Below, piece by piece: positions 1 through 6,511 of a stretch of 6,962 nt of DNA. The stretch comes from Octopus sinensis (Eukaryota), in the NCBI RefSeq assembly GCF_006345805.1, contig NW_021829214.1, positions 1 through 6,962 on the forward strand. The letters are read 5' to 3'. The position numbers and the translations under genes are program-made. The stretch's first letter is position 1; each line of letters starts with the position of its first letter. The notes under the pieces are model-generated. The model saw only the letters and a program-made list of their open reading frames with translations. It made no database searches and was not told the DNA's origin.

Positions 1-425
1 ATATCACTTGTTACGTATCAAGTCTGCGGTATTTTCCCTTCGGCACGTCATACACAGTATCATGTGTTTCGAACTTTTCACGAATCTGTGAAATTGCCAA
101 GTGCGTTCGAGGTTCTGTCTCAAACTCATGTCGCCATTGTCGTTGAACTTTAATAGCATTCTCAAATTCGAAACACCACTTTAAAATAGTCTTACGTTCC
201 TTAAACGACAACCGTACCTCTATCATTTTGTCACAGTTGCTCACAATAGCATCAAGAAGTCATAAGAATTTTTTCCAGTGTATTTAATCTCAAAATAATG
301 GTTATTGACTATTTCATACGTCCACAACTGATCAAGTGCGACCCGAATTCTTCAGTATCACACCTTACCAACAGTGAAAAATTATGATATTTTTGAAATG
401 AAAATTGTCTTGAATATTTCCCTTG
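1..425 (-). mobile_element. 5' portion of a decayed Tc1/mariner-superfamily DNA transposon, running off the left edge of the window
   Basis: Contains the transposase N-terminal ORF remnant at 11-244. The tentative outer end is CCCTTG|TA at 420-427 (minus strand TA|CAAGGG), which resembles a TA-flanked Tc1/mariner terminus. The partner TIR lies outside the window, so this boundary is unverified. Confidence 0.6.
11..244 (-). pseudogene. Transposase N-terminal helix-turn-helix fragment (DUF4817-like), ending in a premature stop
   Basis: RLSFKERKTILKWCFEFENAIKVQRQWRHEFETEPRTHLAISQIREKFETHDTVYDVPKGKYRRLDT matches my recollection of DUF4817-type transposase N-termini (VQR.WR.EF..EPP.R.TI..IR.KFE..GTV.D..KGRSGRPRT). 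The GRPR-like linker is degenerate and is followed by TAA at 11-13. The likely true start is the ATG at 226-224. Confidence 0.75.
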
Positions 426-613
426 TACTTAAACAGTTATACTTTACAGTTATTTTAAACGTTGACGATCTTCAGAAAGGTTATAAAGAAAATAAAAAAA
501 AGCAAAACAGTTAACAGTAAAGTGTACTAATCCCGTGATGTCTGAATGAATTTGATATTAAAATATTTCTATAGGTTTTTCTTCTTCAGCAGAGTGTACA
601 AGGTTTTGGCGGT

Positions 614-680
614 CACACACACACACACATATATATATGAGTTTGTGTATATATGCATTATGTATGTATGCATGTATGTA
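614..680. repeat. Compound microsatellite (CA)n-(TA)n-(TATG)n
   Basis: Read directly: cacacacacacacacatatatatatg...tatgtatgtatgcatgtatgta. Confidence 0.85.
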
Positions 681-771
681 CCTATGTGAATCATTGTAAT
701 TCCAATTAGTAAATGAAACACGTGTGATGGAGAATAAATAGTACAAACACTTATCATTTTCCTTTTTCACT

Positions 772-819
772 TTATATATATATATGCATTTACATATATA
801 TATATATTCATATATATAT
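772..819. repeat. Interrupted (TA)n microsatellite
   Basis: Read directly; abuts the 5' end of SINE copy A1. Confidence 0.85.
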
Positions 820-1044
820 GGAGAGAGCTGGCAGAATCGTTAGCACACCGGGCGAAATGCTTAGCGGTATTTCGTCTGCCGTTACGTTCTGAGTTCAAAT
901 TCGCCGAGGTCGACTTACCTTTCATCCTTCGGGGTCGATAAATAAAGTACCAGTTTCGCACTGGCGTCGATGTAATCGACTTAATCCCTTTGTCTGTCCT
1001 TGTTTGTCCCTCTATGTTTTAGCCCTTGTGGGAGTAAAGAAATA
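820..1044 (+). mobile_element. tRNA-derived SINE, family A, copy A1 (near full length)
   Basis: Pol III A-box TGGCAGAATCG (829-839) and B-box GAGTTCAAAT (891-900). Colinear with copies at 1113-1343 and 6662-6898. Ends in the tail GTAAAGAAATA. Confidence 0.9.
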
Positions 1045-1049
1045 TAATA

Positions 1050-1110
1050 TAGAGAGAGAAGAGGAAGAGAGGGGGAGACAGTCAGACAGACAGAAAGATG
1101 AGAGTGACAG
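1050..1110. repeat. Purine-rich (AG)n/(AGAC)n low-complexity tract between A1 and A2
   Basis: agagagagaagaggaagagagggggagacagtcagacagacagaaag. Confidence 0.7.
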
Positions 1111-1112
1111 AT

Positions 1113-1343
1113 GGCGGCGAGCGGCAGAATATTTTAGCACGCCGGGTGAAACTTTTTGTGGTATTTCATCCGCCGCTGCGTTCTGAGTTCAAATTCCGCC
1201 GAGGTCGACTTTGCCTTTCATCCTTTCGGGGTGGATCATATAAGTACCAGTTACGCACTGGGGTCGATATAATCGACTTAATCTGTTTGTCTGTCCTTAT
1301 TTGTCCTCTCAATGTTTAGCCCCTTGTGGGTAGTAAAGAAATA
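1113..1343 (+). mobile_element. tRNA-derived SINE, family A, copy A2 (full length)
   Basis: Starts GGCGGCGAG, has a degenerate A-box and B-box GAGTTCAAATTCC (1185-1197), and has the same body and tail (TAGTAAAGAAATA) as A1 and A4. Confidence 0.9.
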
Positions 1344-1509
1344 GGTATTTCGTCTGCCGTTACGTTCTGAGTTCAAATTCCTCCGAGGCCGACTCTGCTT
1401 TTCATCCTTTCGGGGACGTTAAATAAAGTACCACTTACGCACTGGGATCAATGTAATTGACTTGTCCCTTGCCCCCAAAATTGCCGGCCTTGTACCTTTA
1501 ATAGAAAGG
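1344..1509 (+). mobile_element. 5'-truncated family-A-related SINE (A3) with a different 3' tail, fused directly to A2
   Basis: Begins at the internal GGTATTTCGTCTGCCGTTACG, keeps the B-box (1369-1380) and central body, then diverges into CCCCCAAAATTGCCGGCCTTGTACCTTTAATAGAAAGG followed by (ATT)n. Confidence 0.85.
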
Positions 1510-1867
1510 ATTATTATTATTATTATTATTATTAATATTTTTATTATCATTATTGTTATTATTATCATTATCATCATTATTATTATTATTATTATTATTA
1601 TGATATTATTATTATTATTATTATTATTATGTATTATTATTATTATGATTATTATTATTATTATTATTATTATGTTATTAGTATGATTATTATTATTGTT
1701 GTTATTATTATTATTATTATTATTATTGTTGTTTTATTATTATTATTATTATTTTATTGTTATTGTTATTATATTATTATTATTATTATCTTATTATCAT
1801 ATTATATTATTATTATTATTATTATTGGTATGTTATTATTATTATTATTATTATTATTATCATTTTC

Positions 1868-1901
<34 letters not shown>

Positions 1902-2141
1902 GTTATGTTATATATTATTATTATTATTGTTGTCATTATTATTATTATTATTATTATTATTGTTATATTATTATTTTATTATTATACATTATTATCATTA
2001 TTATTATTATATTATTATTATTATTGTTATTGTTATTATTATTATTATATTATTATTATTGTTATTTTTATTATTATTATATTATTATTATTAGATTATT
2101 ATAATTATTTATTATTATTATTAGTATTATATATTATTATT
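1510..2141. repeat. ~630-bp imperfect (ATT)n microsatellite
   Basis: Read directly; has GTT, ATC and ATG variant units. Source of the poly-I/L/Y ORFs. Confidence 0.97.
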
Positions 2142-2304
2142 GCTGTTTTTGCTCTCACTTTCGTTATTGTTATTTTTCTTATTCCCTTACATTTTTATTT
2201 CATTCGAATTCCTTGTTTACCATTATTTATATTATGGCTGCCATTCTTTTAGATTACCTTCACACACTCACTATACTTTCACTTCCAATTTTTTCCTTTT
2301 TTTT

Positions 2305-2355
2305 GCTGCTACTTCTGTTCCTGCTGCTGCTGCTCTTGCTGTTGTTGCCGCCGCT
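2305..2355. repeat. Degenerate (GCT/GTT)n trinucleotide tract
   Basis: gctgctacttctgttcctgctgctgctgctcttgctgttgttgccgccgct. Confidence 0.7.
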
Positions 2356-2620
2356 AATGTTTTTTTATGACGTTATTTAAGCCCGGCATCGATATTAGCT
2401 TACAGGCTGATCAAAAGTGTTTTAAAAGCGAATAAGATTGATGAGAGCCAGTTTAAAGCGAAAGAAAATACGGAAGAAGACGTCCTTGTGTCGTTGTTAG
2501 TTTTACATTTTCGTTTCACATTTTTCTTTTTTCCTCTTTCCCGTTTTTCTCGTTCTTTTCTTCTTGTCTCTAGCAAGCTATCACATTTTTTCTTTCCTCT
2601 CTCTCCTCTCTCTCTGGGAA

Positions 2621-2752
2621 TATGTATGAATGTAAGTATGTATGTATGTATGTATGTATGTATTATGTATGTATGTATGTATGTATGTATGTATGTATGT
2701 ATGTAGTATGTATCTATCTATTCTATCTATCTATCCACCGATCGATCTATCA

Positions 2753-2786
<34 letters not shown>

Positions 2787-2900
2787 CTATCTATTATCTA
2801 TATATCTCAATCTATCTATCTATCTACGATCTATCTATCTATATATCTATCTATCTATCTATCTATCAATCAATCAATCTATCTATCTATCTATCTATCT
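2621..2900. repeat. Compound tetranucleotide microsatellite: (TATG)n 2621-2710, then (TATC)n/(ATCA)n 2711-2900
   Basis: Read directly; source of the MYVC and IYLS ORFs. Confidence 0.97.
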
Positions 2901-3293
2901 ATTATATACATGCTTATTCAAATGCGCAATTTTGAACGTCCGAAACGCCTACATGCGAACATAAACATTAAAAAACCATTCCCACACAATCACACATGTC
3001 TACACAAAAACATACACCCACAGAGTTACTATAAATATGCATATACACTCATTCCTGGTTCTTATTCTATCGAAATATTTTGCCGAATCGCTAGTTTACG
3101 AGAACGTATACTCATCAATACCGGTAGACAAGCACTGGAGGGAGACAACCACAGACACCCGCGCGCACCCACATATACACACACACCTCACATACATATA
3201 CACACACACAAACACACATGCATAAGCACGATTAATATTACTTCTCAGTATATAGTTTGCTAGTTGCAAAACCAGGGGCTGTGCGATTATTGT

Positions 3294-3316
3294 TATATAT
3301 ATATATATATATATAT
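3294..3316. repeat. (TA)n microsatellite
   Basis: Pure TA run. Confidence 0.9.
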
Positions 3317-3485
3317 CTAATGTGGCCAGCATATTAAAAAATACCTTTAAAGGTTAAATTTATAAATAACTTATGAAAATAAGGGCAAAAGAAAAATTCT
3401 AATGCTAAATATGCCGAAAATATGTCAATAACCATTATAATTTTTGCGGCTCGAAACAAGCCGATAGAAATTTCTAAAAAAATTC

Positions 3486-3554
3486 TGTTATTACCGTATT
3501 GGTCCCAATTTCAGAGTTAATTCATAAGAATTTTCTCCTCCTCAGCGATAAACA
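3486..3554 (-). ncRNA. Candidate type I hammerhead ribozyme
   Basis: Minus strand reads UGUUUAUCG-CUGAGGA-GGAG AA AAUUC UUAU GAAUU AA CUCU-GAA-AUUG GGAC CAAU-A|CGGUAA UA ACA. It has the core CUGANGA (3545-3539), GAAA (3512-3509), an NUH triplet AUA (3499-3497), and stems I, II and III all pair. Deviations from the optimal consensus: G.U at 10.1-11.1, and AUA instead of GUC. Confidence 0.65.
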
Positions 3555-3596
3555 CGTAAGACATAAATGAAATACTTACTCATACTTACTCATATA

Positions 3597-3763
3597 GGCG
3601 CAGGAGTGGCTGTGTGGTAAGTAGCTTGCTAACCAACCACATGGTTCCGGGTTCAGTCCCACTGCGTGGCATCTTGGGCGAGTGTCTTCTGCTATAGCCC
3701 CGGGCCGACCAATGCCTTGTGAGTGGATTTGGTAGACGGAAACTGAAAGAAGCATATCGTATA

Positions 3764-3823
<60 letters not shown>

Positions 3824-4084
3824 CTTATATATATATATATATATATATATGCGTGTGTGTGTTTGTGTGTCTGTGCTGTCCCCTAGCATTGCTTGACAAC
3901 CGATGCTGGTGTGTTTACGTCCCCGTCACTTAGAGGTTCGGCAAAAGAGACCGATAGAATAAGTACTGGGCTTACAAAGAATGTCCCGGGGTTGATTTGC
4001 TCGACTAAAGGCGGTGCTCCAGATGGCCGCAGTCAAATGACTGAAACAAGTAAAAGAGTAAAAGAGTAAAAGAGTAAAAGAGTA
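3597..4084 (+). mobile_element. tRNA-derived SINE, family B (CORE-like), full length, with internal microsatellite and (GTAAAAGA)4 tail
   Basis: A-box TGGCTGTGTGG (3607-3617), B-box-like GGTTCAGTCCC (3650-3660), CORE-like ATCTTGGGCGAGTG (3671-3684; cf. MIR CCTTGGGCAAGT), 3' stem-loop CAGTC-AAAT-GACTG (4030-4043) and a tandem 8-mer tail at 4050-4084. That the arms either side of the TA run form one element is inferred from head/tail logic and recall of similar octopus repeats. Confidence 0.85.
3758..3872. repeat. (TA)n then (TG)n microsatellite inside SINE B
   Basis: About 90 bp of near-pure TA followed by gcgtgtgtgtgtttgtgtgtct. Confidence 0.95.
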
Positions 4085-4267
4085 TACCCATGGAAAAAGC
4101 AAGCAAAGTCCCGAGCAGACCTAAGTACCCCAAATATATCCAAAGTAGAAAATCTTCAGCACATCTCGAGACGTGTGATTCGAACTAGAAACTTTCACAG
4201 AGTGAGAGAGTCCGGAAGTTAACACTATTAAATTTACATCTAATGTAGGATGTACAATACATCTTCA

Positions 4268-5262
4268 TGCATCAATGACATACATACATACATACATACA
4301 TGCATGCACACATACATACACACATGCCTACACATACATACATACATACATACACACATGCACACACACATACGTACATACATACATACATGCACACATA
4401 CATGCACACATGCGCACACACATACATACAAACATACATACATACACGCATGCACACACACACATACATATATACATACATACATACATACAAACATATA
4501 TGTACACATACATGCGTACATACATACATACATGCACACACACACACATACATACATGCATACATTCATACACACATGCACACACACACATACATATATA
4601 CATACATGCTTATATGCACACACACATGCGACATTACATACAACATACATACATACATACATAATACATAAAAACAAATACATACATAAATGCACACACA
4701 TGCACACTGCCCCACACACATACATCAAACATACTACATACACGCCATGCACACACAACACATACATTATACATACATACATACATACAAACAATATGTA
4801 CACATACATGGTACATACACAAGACATGCACACACACACATACATACATGCATACATACATACACACATGCACACACACACATACATATATACATACATG
4901 CATATATGCACACACACATGCGTACATACATACATACAGACAGACATACATACAAGCAAAAATACAACCACGCACTCGCTCAAGACTCATTGCACATATA
5001 TATCATGATACGCACACACACACACACACACATACTCTACACGCGATTTACGGAAACTATCACTCTACCCCACTACACACGCGCAAACACACACACACAC
5101 ACACATGCTTATTGACACCAATACATACATAAACTCATAGATATACATGTACCGAAATACCCCTAACACACACAAACATCCCACCAACTCGCCACCCTTC
5201 ATCAACTCCCATAGATACAATATACAAGCACACACACACATACACACACACATATACGTACC
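4268..5262. repeat. Compound (CATA)n/(CA)n array with a ~295-bp higher-order duplication, trailing into CA-rich low complexity
   Basis: Read directly; source of all HT/MYVC ORFs between 4240 and 5313. The core array is 4268-4950. Confidence 0.95.
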
Positions 5263-5551
5263 CTTATTACACACCCCACATGAACTACCAGTCTGATTCA
5301 CCCATCCCCACACCTAGACCCCCACCCCACACTCATGGGTAGGTTTGCTCAAATACATAACACGTTTCTGACACATCACCTGCTATTATTATTGATAATC
5401 ACAAAAAGTTTTTGCTGGGGATTTTTGCATCCTTAGTGGGTGTGTGGGTGTGTGGGTGCAGGTGTAAGTGTGGGTGTGGATGTGTGGGGGGTTTAGAGAA
5501 GGTGGTGTAGAGTTTATTTGGCTTCATTGTTTTTTACATTTCCGTATCTCT

Positions 5552-6020
5552 CGTCATCATCGTCGTTGTCACCATCATCGTCATCGTCGTCATTGAACTC
5601 CTCCTCCACTTCTCTCCTCCTCCTACTCCTACTGCTTCTCCTCTTCTTCGTCCACCTCCTTCTCCTCAACTCCTTCTCTTCATCTTCCTCATCTCCTTCT
5701 TTCCCCCTTCCTTTTCCTCTTCCTGCTTATCCTCCTCCCCTTCCTCCCCCTCCTTCTTCCTCGTCTTCTTCTTCCACCGCCTCCTCCTCCTAATCATCAT
5801 CATCATCATCAGGAGCAACAGCAACAGCACTAAGAGTAGCAGCAGCGGTGACACCCGCGGTAGCAGCGGAGGCAGCCGCAGCATCGTGAGCGTCACTATC
5901 ATCGTCATCGTTGTAGTCATTATCCTCGTCATCATCCACGTCATCGTCAGCATCGTTAGCAGCAGCAGCATCACCACCATCATCGTCATCCTCCTTTCTA
6001 CATATCTACATGACGTCATG
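5552..6020. repeat. Compound cryptic trinucleotide region: (TCA/TCG)n, (TCC/TCT)n, (CAT)n, (CAG/CAA)n
   Basis: Successive blocks of related triplets; source of the poly-S/L/P and poly-M/R/E ORFs. Confidence 0.85.
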
Positions 6021-6075
6021 ATGACCATTGATCTTTAAATATTATATTGTTGTATCTTTTATAATTCCTTTTATA

Positions 6076-6509
6076 CGAGATGGTAACAAAAAGTGCCCTG
6101 GTTAGTTCTGTGGAGCTTGAAAAATTGGAATCTTTACGAGGACAATGCACCCTGTCACCGAGCTGTCCTCACTCGCGACTTTCTCGTCAACAACAATATG
6201 GTATTGCTTCCGCACTCGCCCTATTCGTCAGATTTAGCACCTGCTGACTTTTGTCTTTTCCCCCAACATGAAAAGCTCAAAGGTTGCTGTTTTAACACCG
6301 TTGTAGAGACACAACAGGAATCGCAGAAGGTCCTCGACTCGCTTACGAAAAACGACTACCAGGCCGGATGCCAAAAGTGGCAGGAACGCTGGGATCTGTG
6401 TATTGCTACACAAGGTGACTATTTCGAAGAAGATGATGTTAAAACTTAGGTAAATAAGTTATCCTTTATTGAAAAATAGCTAGTCCGGAAACTTTTTGAT
6501 ACCCGACCG
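6076..6509 (+). mobile_element. Internally deleted (non-autonomous) mariner element with both TIRs, flanked by TA
   Basis: TA at 6074-6075 and 6510-6511. The left end CGAGATGGTAACAAAAAGTGCCCTGGTTAG matches the reverse complement of the right end CGGTCGGGTATCAAAAAGTTTCCGGACTAG at 20/30 positions (hand count). Encloses a mariner transposase C-terminus. Confidence 0.85.
6093..6449 (+). pseudogene. Mariner (DD34D) transposase, C-terminal third only
   Basis: Motifs DNAPCH, PHSPYSSDLAPADF (canonical PHPPYSPDLAPxDF), LKG..F, and KWQERWDLCIATQGDYFE. There are 34 residues between the second and third catalytic Asp. The DNA-binding domain and first Asp are absent, and the GTG start lies inside the left TIR. 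Confidence 0.92.
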
Positions 6510-6511
6510 TA

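Noticed and set aside
525-606. Branch-point-like TACTAAT followed by TTTCTATAG and TTCTTCAGCAG acceptor-like sites
   Set aside because: No good donor or coding exon follows; such motifs are common in AT-rich introns and need RNA-seq support.
820-905. Bona fide tRNA genes at the A/B-box sites (also 1113, 3597, 6898)
   Set aside because: No proper cloverleaf spacing, and each continues into a multi-copy SINE body and tail.
905-985. Twister- or HDV-like ribozyme in the SINE A central module
   Set aside because: Only superficial word similarity; I could not build the required pseudoknots.
1462-2370. Long ORFs of poly-Ile/Leu/Tyr
   Set aside because: Translations of the (ATT)n array in several frames; no protein-like complexity.
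2488-2935. MYVC/IYLS-repeat ORFs, and an apparent exon between the acceptor TAG (2571-2573) and GTAAGT (2632-2637)
   Set aside because: Derived from (TATG)n/(TATC)n. The GTAAGT is a variant repeat unit and the enclosed 58 bp is low complexity.
2910-3263. Non-repetitive tail of the 213-aa ORF
   Set aside because: No recognisable domain. The strand is CA-rich and stop-poor, and the ORF begins in a microsatellite.
4050-4084. CRISPR array or other prokaryotic system
   Set aside because: Repeats are contiguous with no unique spacers, there are no cas-like ORFs, and the context is eukaryotic.
3585-4095. Target-site duplication for SINE B
   Set aside because: Best match TACTCATATA versus TACCCATGGA is only 6/10 and not convincing.
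4240-5313. Many overlapping His/Thr- and Cys/Val/Met-rich ORFs on both strands
   Set aside because: Artefacts of CATA/CA repeats, which lack stop codons in most frames.
5436-5491. Telomere-like TG1-3 tract
   Set aside because: Only three GGGTGTGT units, and not the TTAGGG repeat expected for most animals; better explained as degenerate (GT)n.
5518-6028. Ser/Pro-rich, Glu/Arg-rich and Asp/Ala-rich reading frames
   Set aside because: Cryptic trinucleotide repeats open in several frames at once; no convincing start or splice context.
345-6235. Other CUGANGA words on the minus strand (near 350, 470, 585, 4155, 5805, 5945, 6228) as further hammerheads
   Set aside because: None has compatible stems I, II and III with GAAA and NUH in register. 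The one near 585 has a stem-III-like hairpin only.
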